Positions 17,456-27,083 of a DNA stretch of 64,000 nt are shown here, one piece after another. The first letter of the stretch is position 1. Each line of letters opens with the position of its first letter. The position numbers and the translations under genes are program-made. The notes beneath the pieces were generated by a model. That model made no database searches. It worked only from the letters and a program-made list of their open reading frames with translations, and was not told the DNA's origin. The stretch comes from a virus, in IMG/VR virus record IMGVR_UViG_3300042898_002111, positions 3,799 to 67,798 of that record. One strand, written 5' to 3'.

Positions 17456-17741
17456 ATACGGCGAAGCCAATCCACTATCAGTGTGGGGGATCAGAAGATT
17501 GGAACACTGCCCACCACATTTTACAAGTGTGGATTTCGACGTTCATTGTGACGAAAAAGTAATAACCGACTGGATATGGGGCAACCTATCCGGTCGTTTC
17601 TACTTCGGCGACATATATAAGGAAAATTTCACGGGCTTAGGTATTACTGTGTGCAAGCGAGCTTCTTTTGAACAGGGGGCTGAAGCCAGTTTTTTTGGTA
17701 TGATGTTGGACTCTATCAATAAATCAGAAATCCTCTTTTAA
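17448..17741 (+). CDS. Conserved hypothetical protein
   Basis: NPL...R....PPHF..WI..NL.GRFY..FE...EASFF. Confidence 0.7.
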   Translation: MLKYGEANPLSVWGIRRLEHCPPHFTSVDFDVHCDEKVITDWIWGNLSGRFYFGDIYKENFTGLGITVCKRASFEQGAEASFFGMMLDSINKSEILF

Positions 17742-17803
17742 AAAATATTTCCGTAGTAATAATACCAGTTAAATATCATGAGTGTTATTATTACGGAGAT
17801 ATC

Positions 17804-18055
17804 ATGTCAGAACAAACAACTACATCTGCGACAGAGCAACCAACAGCACCTAGCTTAACTCTAGCAGATCTAACCCTAGCCCTACAGACTATACAGATTG
17901 TTGCCCAACGCGGCGCCATTAAAGCTGAAGAAATGTCTACTGTTGGCGGCTTGCACGATCGTTTATTTGCTTTCCTAAAAGCTCAGGGTATCGTGGGCCA
18001 AGAGTCAGCACCAGAATCAGCACCAGAAGTATCGGCGGCTGACAGTCAATCCTAA
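17804..18055 (+). CDS. Hypothetical protein
   Basis: GGAG SD; LTLADL..I..AQRGA..A.E...VG motif. Confidence 0.75.
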   Translation: MSEQTTTSATEQPTAPSLTLADLTLALQTIQIVAQRGAIKAEEMSTVGGLHDRLFAFLKAQGIVGQESAPESAPEVSAADSQS

Positions 18056-18073
18056 TTAAGGAAGGAAATTAAA

Positions 18074-18748
18074 ATGCAAATATTAAAACACGTTGGCCGC
18101 CACGACAACAAGAAAATTGTTCTCGTGTACCGCCAAATTCCCGGTGACGAGCACATGTGCTTGGTACTGTACAGCGACGCTCTACCACAATTATATCATG
18201 ATGAAGTTATGTCATGTTTGGAAAGTGCAGTAGGACAAAACACAGAAGAGTTGGCTGATGCTCTATTCCGTGTTACAATGAAAGATGGCACCAACTGTCT
18301 GGAAGCGTTACACCGTCAGGGACTAATGAAAAAGATTAACACCAACCAGGTGGTAATTACCCCCAATGCCAAGTCAAGTGTGCGTTTGGATGAGTTAAAC
18401 ACCATCTTAAACGAAATGAAAACTGGAGAAGACGCCATTAAAAAGATGGCCGAAATGGATGCTAATACTGGTATGTCCAGCAAAAAACGTACACCACGTG
18501 AAGTAGGTGTGAGTCCAGCTAGTCGTACACAAGAAGCCAGTCCTAGTACCGCAGCTATCGGTGAAGTATTAACTGATGAACAACTGGCAGCACAACGTAT
18601 TGCCCAGGCAGCTAGTATGAAGTTACAAGCCGAACAGTTGATAGCCGAGGCTAAAAGACTAGAAGCAGAAGCAGTATCACTTAACCCGGCAGCAGCTAAT
18701 GGCACAACAAAAACCAGAAAAACCGCCAAGAAAAAACAAGCGGCTTAA
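18074..18748 (+). CDS. Conserved hypothetical phage protein
   Basis: AAGGAAGG SD; LKHVG..LES..GQ..LDELN; Ala/Lys-rich tail. Confidence 0.8.
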   Translation: MQILKHVGRHDNKKIVLVYRQIPGDEHMCLVLYSDALPQLYHDEVMSCLESAVGQNTEELADALFRVTMKDGTNCLEALHRQGLMKKINTNQVVITPNAKSSVRLDELNTILNEMKTGEDAIKKMAEMDANTGMSSKKRTPREVGVSPASRTQEASPSTAAIGEVLTDEQLAAQRIAQAASMKLQAEQLIAEAKRLEAEAVSLNPAAANGTTKTRKTAKKKQAA

Positions 18749-19046
18749 ATTAAGTATTACTGAACGAGACAAGTGGCGTCAAATTTTAAAAGAAGTTGAT
18801 AAAGATGAAGCCCCTGTCTCGGTATTAAAAAGTATTACTGTAAATCTTGTTGATGGCACCAAAGTAAACATCAACATACAAGAATTGCTATCTGAGGGAG
18901 TTACTCCTGAGGATCTAGAATTTGACATCAATGAAAAGTTATTACGCCTAGATGACATTATCAAAAGTGTAGACTTTTTTATCAGTGTTGATCATGTGGC
19001 CAAAGCAATTCAACCAGCAACTGATAATCTACTAAAAAATCTATGA
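18699..19046 (+). CDS. Hypothetical protein
   Basis: W..IL.EVDK..P..L motif; overlaps DHFR start. Confidence 0.7.
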   Translation: MAQQKPEKPPRKNKRLKLSITERDKWRQILKEVDKDEAPVSVLKSITVNLVDGTKVNINIQELLSEGVTPEDLEFDINEKLLRLDDIIKSVDFFISVDHVAKAIQPATDNLLKNL

Positions 19047-19549
19047 TAAATGCCGTATTCGCGGCAGACTTTTGGGGTGGTATGGGGTTCAACGGTACAT
19101 TACCGTGGCCCCACAACCCTGCTGATCTGGCGCACTTTCAAAAACTAACTAAAGATCATGTGGTCGTAATGGGTCGTAAGACCTGGGACGATCACAAACT
19201 GCCCAAGCCACTTCCTGGTCGTATTGTGTATGTGGCGACCAATCGTCCGGTGTTTCATGCTGGACGTATCGGTGGCGACATTAAATCTGAAGTATTAAGA
19301 TTGGAGAAACTACATCCAGACAAAATTATCTGGGTAGTAGGTGGACCCAAACTACTTGTAGAATGTATAGACATTCTGGATCGTGTCCACTTGACACATT
19401 TCCAAGAATCGTTTAAAGTAGATACTAAAATAGATCTCAAGATATTCTTGCGTGGCTTTCAGATGACCAGCGCAAGTGTGGCCTCCGACTTTAAATCAAC
19501 CTTTGTGACATATGAACCAGTATTTAAACGCATTACAACAAGTACTTGA
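19043..19549 (+). CDS. frd: Dihydrofolate reductase
   Basis: G.LPW....DL.HF...T..VVMGRKTW..PLPGR..WVVGG. Confidence 0.9.
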   Translation: MINAVFAADFWGGMGFNGTLPWPHNPADLAHFQKLTKDHVVVMGRKTWDDHKLPKPLPGRIVYVATNRPVFHAGRIGGDIKSEVLRLEKLHPDKIIWVVGGPKLLVECIDILDRVHLTHFQESFKVDTKIDLKIFLRGFQMTSASVASDFKSTFVTYEPVFKRITTST

Positions 19550-20420
19550 ACAGGGTACAGTAAAATCAGATCGCACTGGTGTAGGAACCATCAGCCTATT
19601 TGGTATGCAACAGCGATATGATCTGTCAAAATCATTCCCGGCAGTGACCACTAAGAAATTAGCCTGGCGTGCCTGCGTGGGCGAGCTATTATGGATGATT
19701 GAAGGCTCGGGTGATGAACGCAGACTGGCAGAAATCACACATGGATCAGCTGATGGGAACGTCACCATCTGGACCCCCAACGCTCTGGCTCCCTATTGGC
19801 AACCCAATGCTAAGTACGAAGGCGACCTGGGTCGTGTATATGGCGTACAATGGCGCCAGTGGCGCACACCGGTTGAACACCGACGAGAACATTACCGAGA
19901 TGATTTTGGTAATGTCTACAACCGCGGCGGCAAGTTGCATGTTAAGGAAGTCGATCAATTGATGAATTTGATCGACGGAATCAAACGTGATCCACATGGA
20001 CGACGACACATAATATCAGCTTGGAACCCTGGCGAATTAGACCAGATGGCTCTCCCACCATGTCACACGTTTGCTCAGTTCTATGTTGCAGATGGCCGAT
20101 TAAGTTGCCAGATGTATCAGAGAAGTTGTGATATGTTTTTGGGAGTACCTTTTAATATCGCCAGCTATAGTTTGCTCACGCATATGATAGCTCAAGTGTG
20201 TCAGTTACAGGTTGGAGAGTTCGTTCACGTGCTGGGCGATGCACACATATATCTCAATCACATAGATCAGGTAAAAGAACAATTGAAGCGTGAACCCTTG
20301 CCTGCACCACAACTATGGCTTAATCCCGACGTCACTGACATCACCAAATTTACCATGTCAGATATTCGTCTGGATGGTTATACGTCGCACCCACCTATAA
20401 AGGCAGAAATGGCTGTATGA
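19512..20420 (+). CDS. td: Thymidylate synthase (ThyA)
   Basis: DRTGVGT, TTKK, ELLW, YGVQWR, AWNP, MALPPCH, YQRSCD.FLGVPFN and DAHIY. Confidence 0.95.
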   Translation: MNQYLNALQQVLEQGTVKSDRTGVGTISLFGMQQRYDLSKSFPAVTTKKLAWRACVGELLWMIEGSGDERRLAEITHGSADGNVTIWTPNALAPYWQPNAKYEGDLGRVYGVQWRQWRTPVEHRREHYRDDFGNVYNRGGKLHVKEVDQLMNLIDGIKRDPHGRRHIISAWNPGELDQMALPPCHTFAQFYVADGRLSCQMYQRSCDMFLGVPFNIASYSLLTHMIAQVCQLQVGEFVHVLGDAHIYLNHIDQVKEQLKREPLPAPQLWLNPDVTDITKFTMSDIRLDGYTSHPPIKAEMAV

Positions 20421-21397
20421 TCAATAAAATAACTATATTCATAGGTGACACTGGTGCTTATCTAGCACAAGAAGCTAAAAAGGTATCTGAGAGTGCATGC
20501 CTATTAGATTCGTTATCCACACACATACTTAAACCTGGAATATATTATACTAGTTTGGGGGATTGTTATAATGAGCAAATATTATTAAAAATTCTCAATC
20601 AAGCCGATGTATTGATATACTGTCCTCCGGATATATGGAGCGATGGTGACACTCATGAATTTAGTATGCGCAAAACTACAGAATTCTATTTAAGATTTTT
20701 TATTAATAAAAAACAAGTGTTGGGAGTTGATACCAATGGTCCTGATTTTAAATCCACTATGTTGGAATTGGCTGATGTTCGGAGATCAGAAAATCCACAA
20801 ATATGGATAAGTGGTTGCAGTATTAGTCACGGAATTGGTCAGGGTATTGAAGCAGATGAACGATATGGGGAGCATTTGTCACACGAATTAAATATGCCAG
20901 TCAGCTATCTTACACGACCTGGCACTAGTAATGCCTGGCAAGCACAGCAGATTTTACGATCAGACCTGCGTCCCGGGGATATTATTGTCTGGGGATTGAC
21001 TTCTTGGGATAGATTCACATTTGTTCAGGATAAACCAGAAAAATTTACACATGTTAATGTTAGATATTATGAAAGATATCCCGAATTTCATAAAGTGGTT
21101 AGTCTAGAAAGATTATTAGAGACTAACAATTTGTTATACCATTCATTGACAAGCATACACCAAGTGGTAAACGTATGCCAAAAACTGGGCGTTAAATTGC
21201 TATTAGCTGGCTTGTTGGTAGATCGCATGTTTATACAGTATCTAGTAGATTTACCAAATTATATACAATTATTAGGATATAACGGATTTGAAGTTAAAAA
21301 TATGTATCCAGATCAGGGCACTGATGGACGTCACCCAGGCCCACTGTCACATCGTTGGTTTGCGGACGAAATGATTAAAGGAATTAAACAATTATGA
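20417..21397 (+). CDS. SGNH-like domain protein
   Basis: ISGCSISHG, PGTSN and C-terminal D.RHPGPLSH..FA. Confidence 0.65.
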   Translation: MINKITIFIGDTGAYLAQEAKKVSESACLLDSLSTHILKPGIYYTSLGDCYNEQILLKILNQADVLIYCPPDIWSDGDTHEFSMRKTTEFYLRFFINKKQVLGVDTNGPDFKSTMLELADVRRSENPQIWISGCSISHGIGQGIEADERYGEHLSHELNMPVSYLTRPGTSNAWQAQQILRSDLRPGDIIVWGLTSWDRFTFVQDKPEKFTHVNVRYYERYPEFHKVVSLERLLETNNLLYHSLTSIHQVVNVCQKLGVKLLLAGLLVDRMFIQYLVDLPNYIQLLGYNGFEVKNMYPDQGTDGRHPGPLSHRWFADEMIKGIKQL

Positions 21398-22371
21398 AAT
21401 ATATTATAACAGGCGGTGCCGGCTTTATCGGGCACAATGTAGTACGACAACTGGAAGCACTGGGTCATGAATGTCATGTAATTGACAGTCTGACCAATTA
21501 TGGGTTTGTACCTAAACCAGAACTAGAATACTTAACTGCTGAACGTCAGAAAAGATTTAATTCCATAGTGCATGAGATTGACATCAGAGAATATACTGCG
21601 GTCAAAGCAGCATTTGAAAGAGCTGGTAAAATTGATGGAGTTATTCATCTGGCCAGTTTTCCACGTCAGAAAGTCGTGGGACAAAATCCAGTCTGGGGTG
21701 GAGAAGTGATGTGCCCTGCGTTAATTAATTTATTAGAGTTAACTAAACAAAATAATATTCCCAAATTTGTGTATATTAGTAGTAGTATGGTGTACGGAAA
21801 TTTTGACAATGATGTAACCGAAGAATCAGTGTGTAACCCACTGGGGCATTATGGTATTATGAAATATATGGGAGAAAAATTAGTTGAAGATTACACCCGT
21901 CGTGGATGTTTTGATCATGTGATTATCAGACCCAGTGCGGTGTATGGTGAATGGGATGTGGAAGATCGTGTGGTTAGTAAATTCATGCTGGGAGCCATGA
22001 GCAATAGTGTTCTTAAAATTAACGGACCTGGTGAAGTACTGGATTTTACCTATGTAGAAGATACTGCACAGGGTATAGTACTGGCTGCTATAAAACCAGC
22101 CGCCAACAACAAGATTTTTAACATTACACGCAGTGATACACGTCTTTATACCCTGAAAGATGCCGCTGAAATTGCCATTCGTATCGCAGGCAGTGGCTCC
22201 GTAGAACTACGCGGCAAGGATGCAGATTTCCCTAGTCGTGGTCGTTTAGACATTAGTCGTGCCATACTTGAGTTAGGATACAAACCCACTGTGGGTGTGG
22301 AAGAAGGATTCCACAGATACTATAACTGGTTTAAATCGTCGACTTTTTGGCAAAATAAATTAAATGGCTAA
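21394..22371 (+). CDS. NAD-dependent NDP-sugar epimerase/dehydratase (extended SDR)
   Basis: TGGAGFIG, ISSSMVYG, YGIMK (YxxxK) and DFTYVED. Confidence 0.9.
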   Translation: MKYIITGGAGFIGHNVVRQLEALGHECHVIDSLTNYGFVPKPELEYLTAERQKRFNSIVHEIDIREYTAVKAAFERAGKIDGVIHLASFPRQKVVGQNPVWGGEVMCPALINLLELTKQNNIPKFVYISSSMVYGNFDNDVTEESVCNPLGHYGIMKYMGEKLVEDYTRRGCFDHVIIRPSAVYGEWDVEDRVVSKFMLGAMSNSVLKINGPGEVLDFTYVEDTAQGIVLAAIKPAANNKIFNITRSDTRLYTLKDAAEIAIRIAGSGSVELRGKDADFPSRGRLDISRAILELGYKPTVGVEEGFHRYYNWFKSSTFWQNKLNG

Positions 22372-23479
22372 CACTATTTTCAAAATACCGTTTTTTGGTA
22401 TTAAACGTCAATACGAAAACTTGCGACAGGAGATACTGGATACAGTGGACACAGTCTATACCAGTGGACAGGTATTAGACGGACAATACACTAGGTATTT
22501 TGAAAGAGCCATGGCACTACGATGTGATCGTTTGTATGCCGTGGCTGTAAATAGTTGCACACAGGGTCTGATCATGACAATGCGTTTAATGATACCCCGG
22601 AAAAGTCAAGTACTAGTTCCTAATATTAGTTTTGCTGCCACCGTCAATAGTGTTCTGATGGCTGGTCATATTCCAGTATTTTGCGACACTGATGCTCAGG
22701 CATTAATCAATCTGGAAAGTATAGATTTCACATTAAAAGGTTCTGGTGTACACAGTATAATGTATGCCAATCTGTTTGGTAATGTAGTGGACTACGATCG
22801 CTTCCGAGTCATCACTGAATTCTTTAACAATGAAGAAATGTATATCATTGAAGATGCCGCACAGAGTTTTGGTGCCAGCTATCGTGGCATACCATCAGGC
22901 AAGCTGGGCACAGTCAGTGTGCTGAGTTTTGATCCCACTAAAAATTTACCTAACTACGGATCTGGTGGTATGATACTAACTGATGATCTGGGTATAGCAG
23001 AAGAATTGTACGACATGCGCGATAATGGTAAGCAGGAGGGACACAACTTTCCTGGAACCAATAGTAAAATGTCCGAAAGCGATTGTGCTCAGATGCTGGT
23101 TAAACTACGTCACTTTGATGCCTGGCAGGATCGTCGACGAGAAATTGCCGAGTATTACACTGGTGAATTATGTGACTATGTAGATGTTCCACAAGTAACT
23201 GAAGGTGCTGAACACGCCTGGCACAAATATGTCATTAGACTGTCAGAACGCCACGGACTGCGCACAGCCCTGGCACACGAGGGCATTGACACTAGAATAC
23301 ATTACGACAAGACATTGTCTGAATTGCCAGTTAGCTGGAAATATGATGGTTATAATCTGGATCAATATCACGAAAGCACTGCATTTACTCGTGAATGCAT
23401 GAGTTTACCCATCTACCCCGAACTAGAAGATTACGAAGTAGAACAGGTAGTTAATGCTGTGCAGAATTACTTACGTTAA
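22364..23479 (+). CDS. DegT/DnrJ/EryC1/StrS PLP-dependent sugar aminotransferase
   Basis: IEDAAQSFG, SFDPTKNL..G.GG and SLPIYPEL. Confidence 0.92.
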   Translation: MANTIFKIPFFGIKRQYENLRQEILDTVDTVYTSGQVLDGQYTRYFERAMALRCDRLYAVAVNSCTQGLIMTMRLMIPRKSQVLVPNISFAATVNSVLMAGHIPVFCDTDAQALINLESIDFTLKGSGVHSIMYANLFGNVVDYDRFRVITEFFNNEEMYIIEDAAQSFGASYRGIPSGKLGTVSVLSFDPTKNLPNYGSGGMILTDDLGIAEELYDMRDNGKQEGHNFPGTNSKMSESDCAQMLVKLRHFDAWQDRRREIAEYYTGELCDYVDVPQVTEGAEHAWHKYVIRLSERHGLRTALAHEGIDTRIHYDKTLSELPVSWKYDGYNLDQYHESTAFTRECMSLPIYPELEDYEVEQVVNAVQNYLR

Positions 23480-26400
23480 ATCGTTCTTGCAACCACGCCC
23501 AATCAAAACTCAACTTTAGCAGTTCATAATCCCCAGCCACTTCATCATAGTATTCCACTGCATCACGTGCGCCTGCCAGACAGTGTTTGGCATAGTCGCC
23601 CTGGGCCACCGTCAACCAAGTATTGAGTCGATGTTCTGTTTCTAAAGTGGGTGCAATGGTTATAAAGTGTTTTAATTTCAACACCTCACGAAAGGCAGTA
23701 CGCCAGGTCATCCAAGCATCTTGATTGAAGTGCGCGATACCACTGAGTGTGGGCACCGATTCATGTGGCTGACTCAGTGTAAAGTCAATACCCGGATTGT
23801 TGTTGGATAACACTAGATTCTTGTTGAAGGCAATCATGCCCATGTGGCCGTACTCCAAACCGTTCACTGGATTTTTTGCATTAAAAATATAATGCTTGGG
23901 TCCTTGGAAATAGTCCGGTTGCCAGTGCCAATCAAAGTTGCCACCCAGTACCTCCAGTTTGGCGAACACCATGAAAAACCAGGGAGTGTCGCTTAACCTG
24001 GCTGCTGCCTGATAGGCTGCTGTACGTCCATTGACCCCACGACTCCATTTGACCGTACGATTGCTCATGTATTCAGTGTGATCAAACCAACGTTGCTCGT
24101 CTGGTTCACCATTACTAATATAGATGATGTCCAAGTGTTGATCGGTTGTGCCACTGTGCAATTTATTAATATAAGGATAGTCGTACACCTGAGTTTTAAG
24201 GTGCGTTTTAATATCTCTGGGTACCAATGCACTGCTACCACTACCATTATATCTCACAACTGTTCGGTCTTTTTCACTCCATAGACAAAAGTTAGGCACT
24301 ATGCGGCGGGATTTGCTGTCATATCTGGTATGATCTTTTGAAAAGAACACATAAGGACTTTCAAACTTGTAGTTTTGAATCTCAGCAACAAGATCGTCAC
24401 CCTGGTATAGATGCACTGGACAGTCAAATCTAGGAACCCTAGGTTCAGGAATGTAGTTGATGACATTAAAGAAGTCCAAAATATCCAGTTCGCACATTTG
24501 CTGTCGGAACGACTCCACATGTATATAGAAAGTATCGCCCTGTTTAGTATGATCACTCTGGAATACATGTATCATTTCCTTCTGCCAGGGCTCAGGTTGC
24601 CAGGTAAAGTCAAACTGTGTGTAATCGCAGATACTGTTAATAATCCAGACGTATTCTGTCTCAGCAGTGGCCATGATACGCTTGAACGTGTCTAGATAGT
24701 TACCCACAAAACGAGTCATCACCATGTCAGGATGATGCTCACGTAAAACCTCATACTGATGTTTGGCAATAGTACCATTGCCGTGATCTACATAATAGAT
24801 ATTGTGTAAGTTATCTGGCTTGTCCACAATCTGGTTGCTGACAAAATTTAAATTGGGAAATTCTTCCAAACGTCTGGCCCATTGGATATTGCGTTCAAAT
24901 TCCCATTTGTTAATTAAAAATGAATCAGACCATTTTTGATGCTGACTGGGAAATACGTGAGTCATATAATTTTGCCAGGGCTGCGCATGCCAAGCAAAGT
25001 CAAAGGTATCATAATTGTATTCTGAACTAATAACCCAGAATTTGTTGTTTTTAGTCCGTGATGTGCATCGCTTGATAGTGTCCAGCATACTGTTGGCATA
25101 TCGAATCTTTTGAATTTTAGGATATTTTGTCTGTAGACGCTCGTAACGTGCCTGAGCAGTAGCGTTATTTTTATCTACAAAAAATATGTCTAAAATGTCT
25201 ATTATACGGTGTTCTTGAACGATTTTAGGGGGTTCTCCGGCAAATTTTATCTCAGTTGCGCCTGGTACTGTATAAGTAAGCCCTATACTCTGTTGATATT
25301 CTGTACCAAAATGATGTATAAAAGGTGTCTCGTTGGGATCTGGAACCCAGCTGAAGTCTACATTGTTTCTATTAACTTCCTCGGGAATGGCCCAATTGGT
25401 TTCATCAACCAATAATTTGGCCACTGGATATTCCATGTACTTACGCTCAGTGGCCCCGGGCATACGATATTCAACTGTGGGCATTTTGATTGCAGGCCAA
25501 TGTTGATTACCAAATACAAAAATTAACTGAGGACTGCCCGGCTCAGGGCGCCAACTATAGTCCCATTCACAATCTATCAATGTGTGCCATTGATTGTCAT
25601 GCCGCTCCAGTAAACAAGCTCTGGGATTATCTATATATTTGCTTTCAGTGGCGCCTGGCATACGATACTCCACAGTAGGCATAATTTCTGCCGAATACCA
25701 TTGATTACCAAATATGTAATTGTATGCTGGACTACCGGGATCCGGTTCCCAACTAAAATCAAATTCACAGTCGTAGTGTGTGATAAATTTTTCTGGCTCG
25801 CCTATACGCAGAGCCCGCGGTTCTGATATATATTTGATCTCAGTGGCGCCTGGAACCAAGTATTGCAGTGCTGGACGTTGTTCAGGACTCGACCACTGAT
25901 TACCAAAAACATAAATGTAAGCTGGGTCTGTGGGATTAGGTCGCCAACTATAATCAAAACTTTTTATATCATCTAACAATTCCCAATGTGTTATATCTGC
26001 GGCTACTATAGCTATCAGATCATCTACATACTTAATTTCAGTAGCATCAGGAACGGTATAAACTACAGTAGGCTCTAACACTCCAGGATTCCATTGATTA
26101 CCAAAAACGTAAGTCATTGGGGGGTCGAACGGATTGGGTTCCCAACTGTAATCAAACGAATTGACTGCTATATTGTGTCTGAATAAATTTGGTTGTGGTA
26201 ATCTAACGGTTTTAACATCACCGATAAATTTTGTTTCGGTGGCTCCAACAACACGGTAACGAATACTAACTTTGTGCTCGGGAGGATTCCACTGATTGCC
26301 GAATTCATAAATATATGCTGGCTCCAATGGGTTGGGTCGCCAGGTCCAGTCCCACTGAAGCTCGTCAATATCCTCCAATAATTCCCAATTGTCCCTAGAC

Positions 26401-27083
26401 GGGGACAGTTTGGCCAATGGAAAGTCTAAGAATTTTTTTTGTGTGGCGCCTGGAACTGTATAAACCACAGTGGGCATAATAGTACCAGAATAGTGTTGAT
26501 TACCAAATACATAGATATACGGTGGATCACCAGGATCAGGACACCAGCTGAAGTCAAAGCCAGCTATTTTTTCTAAAATTTGCCAATTATTTGTAGTGGG
26601 TTTAACCAGGGCTGGCGTCGACAAGAACTTACGTTCTGTTGCACCAGGGACACGATACTCCACAGTGGGCATACGTTCACCTGGCCACCATTGATTTCCA
26701 AATACATAGATATATGGGGGATCAAATGGATGTGGGTGCCAGCTGAAGTCAAATTCTACATCGTGCAGCACATGCCAATGATCCATGACTGGTTTTGCTT
26801 TAACTAGACTTTCATGAAAATTCCAGGATCGCTGTTTTACGTAACTAACATGTGCTAGATATGTACCTCCATATTCGCACCATTGACTGGGCCATACGTG
26901 TACATGGTCAGCCTCCCAGGGAACTGGCTGGTAATCAAAATCAAATTTCGTGTAATCATTGCCCCCATAAATATACCAGTAATACCCAGTACAACATAGA
27001 GTAGCAGCATGCTCTAAACTTTCAGCAGGCTTTTCAAATTCAAATAAACCGGGCTTGGGCCCATAATAGAAAACATCAAACAT
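23451..27083 (-). CDS. 1210-aa tandem-repeat protein with degenerate glycosyltransferase-like domains
   Basis: Eight ~65-70 aa repeats FD(F/Y)SW.P.P..P.YIYVFGNQW....PTV.Y.VPGATE.K; the C-terminal domain aligns by eye with 42381-43274. Confidence 0.8.
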   Translation of the reverse strand: MFDVFYYGPKPGLFEFEKPAESLEHAATLCCTGYYWYIYGGNDYTKFDFDYQPVPWEADHVHVWPSQWCEYGGTYLAHVSYVKQRSWNFHESLVKAKPVMDHWHVLHDVEFDFSWHPHPFDPPYIYVFGNQWWPGERMPTVEYRVPGATERKFLSTPALVKPTTNNWQILEKIAGFDFSWCPDPGDPPYIYVFGNQHYSGTIMPTVVYTVPGATQKKFLDFPLAKLSPSRDNWELLEDIDELQWDWTWRPNPLEPAYIYEFGNQWNPPEHKVSIRYRVVGATETKFIGDVKTVRLPQPNLFRHNIAVNSFDYSWEPNPFDPPMTYVFGNQWNPGVLEPTVVYTVPDATEIKYVDDLIAIVAADITHWELLDDIKSFDYSWRPNPTDPAYIYVFGNQWSSPEQRPALQYLVPGATEIKYISEPRALRIGEPEKFITHYDCEFDFSWEPDPGSPAYNYIFGNQWYSAEIMPTVEYRMPGATESKYIDNPRACLLERHDNQWHTLIDCEWDYSWRPEPGSPQLIFVFGNQHWPAIKMPTVEYRMPGATERKYMEYPVAKLLVDETNWAIPEEVNRNNVDFSWVPDPNETPFIHHFGTEYQQSIGLTYTVPGATEIKFAGEPPKIVQEHRIIDILDIFFVDKNNATAQARYERLQTKYPKIQKIRYANSMLDTIKRCTSRTKNNKFWVISSEYNYDTFDFAWHAQPWQNYMTHVFPSQHQKWSDSFLINKWEFERNIQWARRLEEFPNLNFVSNQIVDKPDNLHNIYYVDHGNGTIAKHQYEVLREHHPDMVMTRFVGNYLDTFKRIMATAETEYVWIINSICDYTQFDFTWQPEPWQKEMIHVFQSDHTKQGDTFYIHVESFRQQMCELDILDFFNVINYIPEPRVPRFDCPVHLYQGDDLVAEIQNYKFESPYVFFSKDHTRYDSKSRRIVPNFCLWSEKDRTVVRYNGSGSSALVPRDIKTHLKTQVYDYPYINKLHSGTTDQHLDIIYISNGEPDEQRWFDHTEYMSNRTVKWSRGVNGRTAAYQAAARLSDTPWFFMVFAKLEVLGGNFDWHWQPDYFQGPKHYIFNAKNPVNGLEYGHMGMIAFNKNLVLSNNNPGIDFTLSQPHESVPTLSGIAHFNQDAWMTWRTAFREVLKLKHFITIAPTLETEHRLNTWLTVAQGDYAKHCLAGARDAVEYYDEVAGDYELLKLSFDWAWLQERFNVSNSAQH
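25240..26760 (-). repeat. Intragenic tandem repeat array (8 units, ~200 bp period, diverged at DNA level)
   Basis: Recurrent TGATTACCAAA (FGNQ) and GTGGCGCCTGG (PGAT) words on the + strand; boundaries approximate. Confidence 0.8.

Noticed and set aside
19512-20420. ThyA homolog as a dCMP/dUMP hydroxymethylase supplying a handle for DNA hypermodification
   Set aside because: It keeps the canonical PPCH and GVPFN (Asn, dUMP-specific) motifs and is coupled to DHFR, so it is an ordinary thymidylate synthase.
25240-26760. Periodic repeats as a CRISPR array or DGR template/variable repeats
   Set aside because: The repeats are in-frame, degenerate at synonymous sites and ~200 bp in period. No cas or reverse transcriptase gene is in the window.
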